A stretch of DNA of 63,498 nucleotides, filler included, from Hyphochytrium catenoides (lineage: Eukaryota; Protista; Hyphochytriomycota), in assembly GCA_900088475.1 (NCBI GenBank). It is 9 parts of 9 records of this genome, joined end to end, with 100 filler letters (N's around TTAATTAATTAA, not from the genome) between each part and the next. Parts side by side here need not be neighbours in the genome. Positions count along the whole stretch, not along the records: positions 12,013 to 17,908 come from FLMG01003182.1; positions 18,009 to 35,896 come from FLMG01000173.1; 7 more parts are not named here. One strand, given 5' to 3'. The notes under the pieces are model-generated. The model saw nothing but the letters and a program-made list of their open reading frames with translations, had not been told where the DNA came from and did not search any database. This document shows positions 11,913 to 23,859 of the stretch, one piece after another (position 1 is the first letter of the stretch; each line of letters begins with the position of its first letter). The translations under genes and the position numbers were made by a program.

Positions 11913-12012
11913 NNNNNNNNNNNNNNNNNNNNNNNNNNNNNNNNNNNNNNNNNNNNTTAATTAATTAANNNNNNNNNNNNNNNNNNNNNNNNNNNNNNNN
12001 NNNNNNNNNNNN
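11913..12012. other. Artificial contig spacer N44-TTAATTAATTAA-N44
   Basis: Identical 100-bp spacers also at 17909-18008, 35897-35996, 37249-37348, 38706-38805, 50029-50128, 52641-52740 and 56949-57048; the 12-mer gives stops in all six frames. Confidence 0.98.
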
Positions 12013-13676
12013 CCCCCGAGTTCAGAGTTATCTGGTGAGGTATCTTTTGCTTCTGCTACTGCTCCCTCTAAGGCAAGGGCGATTTCACTTTTGTCATCTT
12101 CTACGGGTATCATAATACCTTCCTCAACAGCTGATGGCACGACCGAGCGAGGGTTGCTTGGCTCAAAGAGCAGACAGATCGCGTCGATGATAATGTCTTC
12201 ATCTGGTGAGGTACCTTGGGTCTCTATTACTATTAGCTGATGGAGTTCAGGGGCGTGGGTCTCCTGTTGATGTGCCTGACGGCTTGGCCAGCCGTCCCAG
12301 TAGTCAGTTGCCGATGCTGTACTGATCAATGCCTGGCTAGCTGCTGTCCCCTTTCCTTGTTGCTCTTCCTTTTCGACGTCCTCAGCACGAAGTCCTATCT
12401 CCGGTGCTTCCCTCGTCTCCGTGTTCGTAGATCGGCCGTTAGTGGCTCCCTCATCCGATGTACCAACAGCAGATATCTCATGAGGTTGAGGAAGCTGCTC
12501 TGGCGCCAACTCTTCGACCAAGGAAATGCCTCCAAGAAGTTCCATTTGTGGCCTGCGGTGCAGCTGAGCCTGTACGTCCGCGGTAAGTCTGGCTCCAGCA
12601 CCTTGGATGACGTCTGCTTTGGGGGCGCATACAGATGATGGGCTATCTGTAGTATATGCGTCTTCGTCTTCTTCCGTCCAGCTATCGAGGTCTTCCATGG
12701 TTAGGGGCTCCAAGGCAGCCTGGGGCGGATCTTGCCATTCCGTTTCTGATTCTCCCAGGTCAACGGTGCTTGAGTCTTGACCAAATTCAACTGGGATTAC
12801 CGTATCCTCCTCCGTAGCTAATGGCATGGGGGAGCGAGGGGTGCTTGGCTCAAAGAGCCGATATACGGCTTCATCGAGTGCGTCTTCTTGTGGTAGGATG
12901 GAGATAACTTGATTCTCCTCCATTACCATCTGATGAAGCTCGGAAGTGGCGTTTATCTCATGTTGCTGAAGGCCTGCTCCATTCTTCCACTGGTATTCAG
13001 CCGTGAAGACTGAAGGAGCTTCCCTTGTTTCCGGATGCTCTATTCCCTGCCCTCGTTGCTCATCCCTATCCATACCCTGACCACCACTTCTGCTCTCCTG
13101 TGGCTCAGTCTCGGAGTCACTGAGATCAGAAGTGGCGATCAAGTCATCTGCTTGTGGCGAAAAAGCTCGTGCGGACAAAACTCCATTTGGAAAAGAAATG
13201 TCGTCCTCAATCTCCATCCTCTCGTGAAGCTGCGTAGAGTTGAAGCCTTCGCCGAAGTTGGTGATGACAGCATTCTCCTGATAAGACGAGATAAGTTCGT
13301 CACTGAGGATCCCTGAACCGGAGGTCAGAACGATGACTGCACGGGGCCGCGGACCCGACGCCAGCTCTTCCCCGTTGAAAAGGGTTTCCCTGGGCCCATT
13401 GGTGGAAAAGGTCGGGAGATGGCCAGCCTCTTCATCCATGTCCTCGAGGTGGTGTATGCCACCAGTGGTTCCTAGAGGCCCAGTAGTGGCATCGGAAGCT
13501 CCCCGTCCTGATTCTTGTCTTGACCCTAAGAGTAGCTGGAGCGCGCTGGACGAATGGGAGCCATTGGACCCGATACGACTCATGATGAGCTCCCTTTGTC
13601 CTGCTTGAAAGACGGCCCCTTGCTCAACGTCATCTGTGTCGCTACTGTTCTCAGGCTGTAGAGAGAGGTCCTCCAA
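12013..13676 (-). CDS. Long intronless acidic, probably disordered hypothetical protein with an internal repeat; 3' end truncated
   Basis: About 555 uninterrupted codons running into the contig end; E/D/S/Q rich; repeat ELHQ..IE...D...DA...LFEPS.PRS..P.A.EE...IPVE occurs twice; start codon uncertain. Confidence 0.6.
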
Positions 13677-16600
13677 TAGATTTATCTGGTAACAGGCAGA
13701 GGCATAATTTAAGTGAGAGGAGCCACGGGATGCCCCAGCGGTCTAGAGGATACGGACGAGTCAGCTGAACCTATTACCGTGATAATTCGTGACTCCTCAT
13801 GGCTATGAAGGGTCCTGCAGTCTCTGCTTTCGATGGCTTGTATTTCGATACTAGCAAAGAAGGACAGAGCGGATATTGAAGGGGCCAGTGGTGTTCGGGG
13901 CATGTGTCAAAAAAGTTGGAAGTATGCAGTAGCGCAATGCATGACCACCTTACCTTTCCGTCCTCCCTCTCGTGCGTCTGGCCGCCCGACGACGGTGGCG
14001 AACGGTCACGAGACTGATAGTTGTGACACACACGGCCACGGGCGGCAAGAGAGGAGAGCTGGCCAGAGCGACTACCTGCAATAGGATAGCCGTGACAGGG
14101 TATGCTAACCTGCTAAGATGTTCTCTCATCTTGAGGGTGAGACCCTCGAGTAGAGGACGCTGCTTCCTATGCGTGGCCTCACCCAATGAAAGATCAATGT
14201 TAATACTAGATGTGCTCTATGTTCGTTATCAATGACAGTCTGCTCATCAAGTGGCTGTGATACTTCAGCGGTAATGCTTGCTGTGGATTCGTGGTCAGAG
14301 TGCATCACACTGTGAAGTTAAGTTTTGCAATCACCGCTAGCGCGCGGCGACCCTTCGCGCCGGGCAGTAGTAGCCTCCATAAGCGGGCCTTAGCTTGTGC
14401 AAGGCGGTAGTAGTGGGAGGGGCCCGGTAGCGGAGGGCTCGGCCAGACGGTAGTGAGGCGACTAATAAGGGCTGTAGGCATTCAAAATTTGTGCAACATA
14501 TCTCTTGGGATACTTTCAAGCGGAGTGAACTGGCTGTCATTCCAAGGCGATAGCTCTAAGGGAAGTGAGCGAGGAGGAGGAGGAAGCTTTCAAGGTCTTG
14601 CTGGGGCTGATACTTACCTAAAGAGCCTTCTCCTCTCCTCTACCCAGTTGACGGTAGGGAAAGAACGTAGGAAAGTTCCTGCTATCACTAGTGAGTTGCC
14701 TTTATGATATGATGCCTGACTAGAGATATCTTTAGAGCCAGCGGCAGCAGGAGAAAGACTAATGAAGAGGACGAGGAAAGGCATTCGACCAAGACAGAGC
14801 GCCGCCAGGCGGGAGCCAGTACTACTACTGTTGGACAAAGGAAAGATATTTTCCCTGATACTTTGCGCCCTTGCTTACTTTCATCCCCTTGATATTAGCA
14901 GAGGAAAGGGCCAAGGAGCAGAAACTTTAGCCTTCGATAGCTTCAAGAAATTTCTGCTATTGACTGAGGTTTATCAAGGAAACCAAGCCATCAGGAGCGA
15001 GGAAGAGGGAGCATTCCCATGTATCTCTAGAAGCCTCACAATTCCAATCGTGGCAGTCACCCCCTGCCCTTCTCCCCTCCCGAATGAGTAAGATTAGCTT
15101 GTTTTGACCTAGAAGATTGTTCTCTACCCCCTTCTTTCTCCTTGTCCCTGTGAGCTCTGTCTCGGACTCTGTCTCGGGCAGTCTTCACCTCTTCTCTCCT
15201 CCTCTTCTCTCTCCTCACTTGCCTTAGTAGTTAGCTCTGTGACTACATCTAGAAAGTACATCTCGACCCCGTTTCCATCAACATAATGCTACTCTGTCTC
15301 GCACCCCTTCCACCCGCTCTCCCCCCTCCCTTTCTCGCCCTTCTAACAAAGGCTCTATTAGACAGTGTTGTAAAATGTCGCTATTGGTACTCTGTCTCGC
15401 GGTTCACCTTAACACAAATCTCCAATTACTGTTTTACAGTAGTTTCTCTCGTCTAGTTCTACTCTGTCTTTCAGTCTCCAACTCGCCTCTCTCATTGGCT
15501 GAGAAGGTCCTCCATTACTAATGGCGGTTTCAGGTTTAGGTTGACCATCGGATTTTCTATATATCAGTGAAAGGTCAGTTTCTAAAATATTCTTCATTAC
15601 TTTGCCTCGTTCTAAATCTTCACACTAACTCTAGTTAATAACCGTAGTGTGGGACTTTGTTATCATTATTTAGACCGGCAATGCCGACAGGCTTACCCAG
15701 ACCTTTGTAGTTACAGCAGTATCCAAGCCCAAGCTAGACGTCCCCGATTTATTTAGGTCTGGGTGATCTTTGCTCCACTGATAAAATGTTAGCAGTAGCA
15801 CCACGTTCCCGCTTGTCGAAGGCGGACGAGATCTTTTCTGTCAGTTAGAGCAGCGCGCTGCTTGGCGCTATTCTTTATACCGTAGCGGTAATCTGGCTGT
15901 ATCTATGATCTTACTCTATCATCGCGAGTGGTGGTGAAGGCGCTCTTCCTTGCTGGTGCGATGGATAGTGAGAGGAGCGACGAAGAGAGGCCACGGACGG
16001 ACGGTCCTTGGCTATCACCCGGCGTGCTGGAGGGCTGGGGTCAATGCTCTGGGCGAGAGTATGGCGCGAAGGGCTGACAGTGGCTGTAGGAAGAAGGACG
16101 CAACAAGCAGTTGCAAGGGACAAGCAGCACGTAGAGCTAGTCTTATCATCGGCTCCTTCCAGGTACGTAGACCTCCTATCGCCGCGAGGAGGACGGCCAC
16201 TGCCGGCATGACCGGTATCGAAGGTCCGAGCAAGGTAACCAATTGTAAGGATAGGCTGGAGCGACAAGACATCTTTGTCTATAGTAAGGTATTCATAGCA
16301 GGACGACTCTCAAGCAGAGTATTTGTGGGATCCTTACAGAAGTGAAAGCGCGACGTGGAAAAGACTGGGCCTTAAGGAAGGGTAGAATGGGTAAGTGCTA
16401 GTCCGCCTCATCATTTGTGCCAGAAATTGGGCGTAAGAAGCCGTTGTCCGGAGTCCTTCTCACTGCTAGTGCCCACCATCCTCCTTTCATTGAAAATATA
16501 TGTACACTAACTCTCGTCGAATAATAACACCCTTGTCCTATTACACACACCTAGCCTTGCAATGAGATGACCACGGTTTGATCATAAATGTCATCATCGC

Positions 16601-17350
16601 GCCCTTTGGCACCTGTCCTGTCTGGCACTTGACCTCAGGGGGGGTTAATGCACCAATTAATTGTCCTTTCACTTGGAGAAAGCCCGAGCTCCTCCAAGTC
16701 TCCCGACACGGCGACGGGAATGAGGTTCGTTGCTTCTAACTACCTTCATACTCAGACCATTCTGAATACTAGACATAATTAGTATACCCCCATCCTCACG
16801 TTTCCTTTACCACATTCATGGAGCCTTGCCACCGCATTATGTTCAATGACGTCTACCAACAAAATAGATGGATACGGAGCCTGTGCCATGACGAACCACC
16901 ATCCTTCACATAGAAAGGAATTTATCGCTTACGCCAATGTATGCTATCCCGACAAGCCGCACTGATCAAAAAGGTAAAAGAAGTAAACGTCAATTATTTT
17001 ACTAGTAGAGAGGTCTGCTGCGATATTGTACATGAGTGCAAGCCACGGCAAGGTTAAGAGAGCGCTTCCCCAAGGCCAGAGCAAAGGGGAATAGCCAATG
17101 AGGTGAAGCCATCAATAGACTGACCGGCTGGCCAAGGTGAAGAAATGCTAATAAGAAGCGACGGATAGGAGCCCATTAACGACAAAGAATGTAGGGATGG
17201 CTAAAACTACAATCTTGTACTTGACTGCTCCCTGAGCGGTCGCAAGAGCCAGAAAGGTAGTGACGAAGTGGAAGAACAAGGTAAGTAAGGAAGTCAAGGG
17301 AAAGGATGAGATCCTTTGTCACGCCAAAGGAGAGAATCAGCGGATCCCAA

Positions 17351-17659
17351 TCACTCTTGGTCCATTACGCTGTCTGATCCTTCTTCTTCCGCACCACTAG
17401 CAGCCTTGGATGCATTCTCAATATCCTCCTTGGTCACAACTCCTGCCGTCAGAAGTTTCTGCTGCTCGTCCCGCACGATGTTCATGATTCTCTTTCTGTC
17501 TTTCCGCTGCTTCTTTTTCGAGGGGCCGGGCTTTTTGCAGCTTCTAACAACACCTACAGTCTCCTTCTTATTGCGCTTGGTTCTCCGCGCACGCTTGTAC
17601 ACGTTGGTCTTCTTGCGATTGATGCTGCAGAGCCTGTAAGTTTTTCCACCGTGGACCAT
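17351..17659 (-). CDS. Small basic protein resembling C11orf98/Alb1-type pre-60S ribosome biogenesis factors
   Basis: 102 aa: MVHGGKTYR...KKTNVYKRAR...TVGVV...SKKKQRK..KRI, then an acidic tail ending VMDQE. The pattern recalls C11orf98 (GGKINR..KK.LFKRRR..VVGAV..SGKKRRK..VEM); recalled similarity, not searched. Confidence 0.55.
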   Translation of the reverse strand: MVHGGKTYRLCSINRKKTNVYKRARRTKRNKKETVGVVRSCKKPGPSKKKQRKDRKRIMNIVRDEQQKLLTAGVVTKEDIENASKAASGAEEEGSDSVMDQE

Positions 17660-18008
17660 TCTACGTCAAGACTGTGAGCTCATAAAATTACCTGCTTTGC
17701 GCTTGGCTAACCATGATGACCGTCGGTATAAGACCTCCGCTATAGGCCTATGCTTGACGACTGGTGCAAACGATGGAATCCGAGAGAAGGTGCGGTTATT
17801 GGCCGTCTTGATGAGAATGCGAGACGGCGTCTGGAGCTCTGGATGCTGCTGCTGCTTGGATTGCTTCTCGTCTTCAGAAAACTCAAGGGAAAAAACGCCT
17901 TGTGATGTNNNNNNNNNNNNNNNNNNNNNNNNNNNNNNNNNNNNNNNNNNNNTTAATTAATTAANNNNNNNNNNNNNNNNNNNNNNNNNNNNNNNNNNNN
18001 NNNNNNNN

Positions 18009-18330
18009 TCCCCGTGCAGCGCAGATAAGATAGGCTACAAAGATGGCACGGCTATGCTAAAGTTCTGAATGTCTTGACTCAGCGCTCGATAGTCCACGCA
18101 CAAGCGGAACTTGCCCATTCTGCCTCATCATCCGCACTGGTGCTCCATAGAGAGAGAGAGAGAAGGCCAGATCATCCCTCACGCCATTACTTTGCCGAAG
18201 TGTCCTCGCGTAGATTTTCCAACTCTTCGGGCCCAAGCTTGTACGCAGGTCGGAGCGGCGGCTTTGATCCTAATGGAGATAGTGCAGTGAACCACCCTCT
18301 CATTGGGTCCTCACCCTGCGCACAGGGGTT
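18009..18330 (-). mobile_element. Ty3/gypsy pol (RT N-terminus) relic
   Basis: Minus strand: GSKPPLRPAYKLGPEELENLRE, G-MIWPS-LS-LYGAPV, KFRLCVDYRAL (18080-18112), matching gypsy YRLSPxELxEL / IRPSxSPYGAP / RLCVDYRALN. Frameshifts and stops present; may extend to ~18830. Confidence 0.85.
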
Positions 18331-18470
18331 AGAGAAGGAAGAGAAGAATGAGCGACGGAGGAAGAGAGAGAGAGACAGAGAGAAAAGGAGAGAGAGAGAA
18401 AAGGAAGGAAAAAGAGAGAGAAAGTTGAGAAAAAGGAAAGAGAGAGAGAAGAGAGAAACAACAATAAACA

Positions 18471-18523
<53 letters not shown>

Positions 18524-19489
18524 GTTAGAGAGAGAGAGAGGGAGAGAGAGGGAGATAGAGAGAGAGAGAGAGACCACATATGGCCTCATAATACTTACGA
18601 GTAGCAACAAAGTAAGGAGAGCTTTTCCTTCGTTTCCTCCCCTTCTTGTCTGTTACATTTCTTGGCTCCAAACCATGATGGATACTTTTCAAATCCGTCG
18701 TTTCCTTCAGAATCTTTCGTTCTCCTAGTATCAATAAGTTAGAGTTTATTTTATCCAATTCCTTCGCTAGACCTGGAAAAGTTTCAATAGCAGCAAGGCC
18801 GTTATGATCAATCATCTGTGGGCAGAGCGAGGCAGTGCANNNNNNNNNNNNNNNNNNNNNNNNNNNNNNNNGAGAGAGAGAGAGAGAGAGAGAGAAAGGG
18901 AGCGCGCGCGAGAGAGAGAGAGAGTGTGTGAAAAGAGTCCAGGCAATGAGGAGAGCGGTGCCTGGAGACAGAGAGAGAGAGAGTGTGTGAGGGGGAGAAG
19001 AAGATAGAGAGAAAGAAAAAGAGAGAACGACATAAATGAGAGGAGGCAGAGGCAGTAGGTCCGTTGAGATGACAGGGAAAGTCTGAAGATGAAGCGGTCA
19101 AGGCTCAAATCTTGCTGCTGTCCTTCCTTAGAGCATTGGCGCCTGCGATCAGTTATCAGCGACAAGCAGTCATTGAGACACAGGAAGAGCCATAGAAAGA
19201 CGGACGGACAGAGAGACATTAGGACAGAACAGCGCTGAAAAAAGGAGAGAACCACAAGAGGGAGAGAACGAATGGGACAAGGAGAGGGAGGTAAAAGAGT
19301 TTGCCTCTCAGGAAGGGGCCGGAATCAGTTTGATCAAAAAGCGGGGTAGGCTGGGACTGCGTAAAGTGGGAAGAAGAGGAAGAGAGAGAGAGAGAAAAAG
19401 AGAAAGAGAGAGAGAGAGGTCAAAAGCTGCCTTCTCACAAGGCACACGTAGATGCCCTCAAGCGTCTGCTTCTGAGAGAAGTAAGGAGA

Positions 19490-21139
19490 ATGGTTCTGAC
19501 AAAGAAGACAGAGGGCGGAAGGCCGAGACGAAGCCTATCAGAAAGCTTGAGAGAGAGACTGTTCGGTCTCCTCAGCTGCGCGGCGGAAGTAAAGCAGAAG
19601 CTAGCCTTAGAGCTGCACGCAGGGAGAGAACTGAGGCACCTGAGAGACTATTCTCCTCTTTTGCGCTGTCTCATGGCAGTGTCAGACCGCCATCGGTCCG
19701 CCTCTCTCTCTCCGTCTCTCCTCTCAACTCTCAGTGGCTTTTCCTTCGATGCCTTTCAATATCGCGTGATGTCCCATTTCCTTTGGGCCTCCCTCTCCCT
19801 CAACTGGGGCGTCGATGACGTGATGTACAAGGTGAGCATCTCTCCCTGCGCGCAACTCGTGTTCCCTCTCTTATTTTTCTCTCTTTTCTTTTCTCTCCTC
19901 TTTGCGCTCTCTCTCTTCTCTCTCTCTCTCTCTCTCTGTGTGTGTCTCTCTCTCTTTCTCTGTCTGTTTCTTTCACTGTCTCATCACTCTGTCTAGTAGC
20001 GGAACCTTCATGAGAAGGAATATTCGCACTTTCTTTTTAGTGTCCGACTTTCAAAATTCTGTCTCTTCCCTTTCTCTCTTCCTCGCCCTCTCTCTCTCTT
20101 CCTCACACCACCCTTTAAGGCTTTACCTAGCTCTATAAAGTCTCCTATTGCTACGCTCATGCTCTGTGCCTTTATCTGTCTCTCCTGTTCGACGTCTCTT
20201 TCCGGCCCTGCTCTTAGACCTTGCAGGTCCTCCTTCAGCTGCTGCGAGACAGTCACTCGGTTGCCCTTGAGGACTGTCTCCAGCCTGAGCATTGGGCGCT
20301 TCTCCAAAGGATAGAGAGACATTACCCGGAAAGAGACAACCAGGACAGGATAGCCTCTGCATCGAAAGAGGTTATGGAGGTGAGCGCGAAAGAAAGAAAG
20401 GTAGCAAAACAAAGGGGAAGAGAGAGAGTCGAAGAAAGAGAGAAAGAGTTGAAGAAAAAGAGAGAGAGTTGAAGAAAAGAAGAGACNNNNNNNNNNNNNN
20501 NNNNNNNNNNNNNNNNNNNNNNNNNNNNNNNNNNNNNNNNNNNNNNNNNNNNNNNNNNNNNNNNNNNNNNNNNNNNNNNNNNNNNNNNNNNNNNNNNNNN
20601 NNNNNNNNNNNNNNNNNNNNNNNNNNNNNNNNNNNNNNNGACAGACAGACAGACAGACAGACAGACAGAGAAAAGTGAGGAAGAGAGAAAGAAGGAGAGA
20701 GAGAAAAAGAGCTGTATCCGTAGAGAGATGTGAAAAGTAGAGACTGAGGTGAAGCTAGTGAAGGTTGAGAGAGATAGGAAGACAGACAGAGAGAGAAAGG
20801 GCTTGAGCTGTGCTGTCAAGCTAACTCACCCATTCATACATTCTCTTTCTCTTCTTTCGCTAGCTTGTAATAAAGAACATGTTACGCCGGACTAGTAAAG
20901 AGAGACTAAATCAGCCTCATAATGACGAGGAGAGACAGAGAGAGAAAGGAAGACGCCTCTCTCCTTTGCGGTGGATGCGCAGCCACCCCCATTACCAGTG
21001 TGAAGCCTTTGAAGATGAAGGAGAAAGCAGCGACGAGGAGCAAGATGTGGCTGGAGTCAGCAGAATACATTGCTGGGAAAGAAAAAGAGGCCAGGGACCA
21101 AGGACGGAAAGGCCGGCGAAGAGAGAGGAAGATTCATAG
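19490..21139 (+). CDS. Hypothetical multi-exon protein
   Basis: Coding-like blocks (19490-19831 ...WGVDDVMYK|GT; ~20227-20379 VLLQLLRDSH...KEVME|GT; ~20864-21139 LVIKNMLRR...EEDS*) separated by microsatellite-rich GT-AG introns; no family recognised. Confidence 0.5.
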
Positions 21140-21448
21140 GAAAAGTGTCTGTTTAACCTGTTATCATAATAAAGTTAGAACTGTTTCTGCTAGGGGCACA
21201 GGGGGCTTTCCCTGTGCCACTCTCTCTGCCCTTCAGAGATAGTCATCTTACTCTCTTTCTCTCTCCTCTCCCAGGAGAGATTATGCTTGGTATGTCTGAT
21301 TCAGACGCGGCCACATCGATGAGGACAATAGGAGAGAGACACCCGGGCGATAAAGTTTTAACCTTCTAAGCCTGTTCTCCCTCTTTCCTGCCCATAGCTT
21401 TCTTCTCTTCGTGAGTCAAACCTGCTTAATGTCTGTCAGCGCCCAACC

Positions 21449-23859
21449 TCACCTGGACATGACCTTAAATGTCAACGTCAAGGGCTTAGGGTGCGAGTTT
21501 AGGATTTGCATGGCCTCCTCCGCAGGCAAGCGGGTGGTATCGAACCTGGTCCCTTGTTGATTCTCAAAGTAAAGTAGCGCATCTCCGATCTTCACTGCTC
21601 CGTCATGGTGAGGATGGACGGAGACGACACAGGGGGCAATCGCTCCCCAAGGTAGCTGGGCAGGAGAGAAGGAAAGCCCGAGTGGGGAGTTGTCCTGCCA
21701 GAGCAGTGAATAGATGCCCTGAGAGACAGAGCGACTCAACAGCACCACTTTCAGTCCATCTCCTCCGACCGCTCTCCCGCCTCTACTAGACTGCGGATTG
21801 AGAGGCCTACCTCCGCCTCCAGGTGAAGGGGAAGAGGAGCGGTGTGTCGGCCTTGTGAGCTCCACCTCCCCTCCTGCGTAAGCCGCGGACGGATGGGGAA
21901 CGGGAGGAGAGGGAGATCGGGCAGGAGATGAAGATCCTCCCGCCCAAGGCACGGGACCAGGCGGCTTTACCCCTTTTTCCCTCGTCTCCGAAGGAGGAAG
22001 TCGCTGAAATCGCAGATGAATAGGTTTCGAGAGAGATTGCAGCATTTCCATTGCCTTATCATAGCCCAGATCTGCACAGGGTTTGCCGTTGACGAGAATT
22101 AGAAGATCTCCCTCTTTCACGTTCTGCAGGTCTGCTTCATGCTTTCGCTCTCCTCCATCAAATGTTTTGCCTTTGCCTGTCAGTCTCCTCACGCAGGGAA
22201 TGTTCAGCGTGCGATGCCTATTCATTGTTAGTCCCAACGCTCCATCCGCCCAAGTAAGGTCATATTGGGAAGCCTGCTGATGGACGGTCGAGGCCACCAG
22301 GGACGGGTACTGGAGAAAGAATGCGCAGTGATGTCCACATTGGAAGGAGAAAGAGAGAGAGAAAGAGAGTTAGAAAGGGCGCATCCTCATTGGGATGATA
22401 TAGAGAAGGAGCGATGGAAAGAACGAGAAAACATGGCTGAGATTGAGCATCTTCTTCTAACAAGAAGGAGGACCCACAGCCTCCAGCGGTGAGGCACTGC
22501 CGTGGACGAGACGAGAGGAAGATCACGATGCCCCTAAATCGTTTAACGTAGACCAAAAGATGTGGAGCTCTCAAAGACGAGACGAAGCTATGGGAGAATA
22601 ACTGAAGGAAGGCCAAGGGAAGCACCAGGCAGGATAGTTGTCCATCTTACCCCTGCGGCGCTGGCAGTTTGGAGGTCCTTAAACCTCAGCAACATTGGCT
22701 TAGGACTGGTCCGTAGTATGTTCACTACCTCCTTAAAGCCTCTTTCTTTGGTTGTCATATCGTTGATCAACATCAAAAGATCGCCTATTTAGTCGCAGCC
22801 TCAGCTCTAACTCTCCACTGAGAAGTAGGCAAGCAGAAAGCAGAGACACCTACCTTTCTTCACTCTTTCATAGTTAAACACCTGCGTCGCCTGGTTGGTT
22901 AACTTGGAAACCATGGGGAACCCTGAGGCGTGCGAGTCATTCAGTACAATGCCTAGAGGACCTGCCTCCCAGAGCACTTCGTACTCATTGTCTGCGAGGA
23001 CAGCGAGAGATGGAGGCGGCTTCTGCCCATACGTGATGCTTTCATCATCCATAGACCGTTGGATCGGAGGAGCGGGAGGCGGAGCTAAGGAGGAAGAGGG
23101 AGCTGAAGAGCGATGCATGAGAGGAGGGCGTGACGGTGCTTGCAGGTCTCTACCTCCTGCCAATACTACGGGCAAGGGCGGGGGGCCTGTCTGCTGGTAC
23201 TGCTGCATTGTATGGAGCGGAGGGGGAGGTGCCAGAGGCGGAGAAGGAGGTTGCTTGTGACTGTTGCCGGCACCTCCTCCTCCTGGCGCAGACTTGAGCC
23301 TGCGATAGTCCTGGGTATGCCGAGGGATCGGGGTGTCAGAGAGAGTTAGTGCGTCTAAGCCCAAAGAGAGTCGACTCGGACGCAGAGCCTCATCCAGTGT
23401 CAGATCGTCAGCTTCTCCGAAACCAATGACAGCAGGACGTGGTGCCGAGGCCAAGGCACTCATAACTTTTCTGAACGAGAGATGAGAAACATCGCCGCCG
23501 TTGATGGAGAGAACCACGTCCCCAATTCTGACATTGGTAAGGCCAACGGCACTCGCTCCTTGAGGGACAAGATCAAAGACCGCCGCTCTGCCTTGCGAGT
23601 TCTGTGCGAGCTTGACTCCCAAGGTGCCGCCAGGCTTCCAGACAAGCTTATACTTGGTGAGCACTTGGACTGCCGCGCTATTTTGCCCGAAGTTGAGTCG
23701 TGAAGACTCGACTTCTGCTTTGATTTTTGCTCTCAATGCAAAGATTCTGGAGCGCGCTGATAGCGTTTCATTGTTAGGAATCATAGAAGGCGCTAGGGAA
23801 GCTCGCTGCTGGTTTTGGGAGGGATGATACTGCTGCTGATGGGGGTAGGCTGCTGACAT
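21449..23859 (-). CDS. Four-PDZ-domain scaffold protein (exons 23859-22854, 22784-22651, possible small exon ~22530, 22309-21449)
   Basis: Four repeats of Y-x-L/V-x-W-x-x-G-x-LG ... V-x-x-GD-L-L-x-x-(I/V)N ... L-x-x-x-x-KP-x-x-L-x-F separated by Pro/Ser/Gly-rich linkers; splice junctions keep the frame. Confidence 0.88.

Noticed and set aside
11957-11968. TTAA piggyBac target sites or PacI-like biological motif
   Set aside because: Always centred in exactly 88 Ns; an assembly linker.
14300-17300. Decayed coding-like DNA, possibly another transposon
   Set aside because: Stop-riddled, with no motif I could assign with any confidence.
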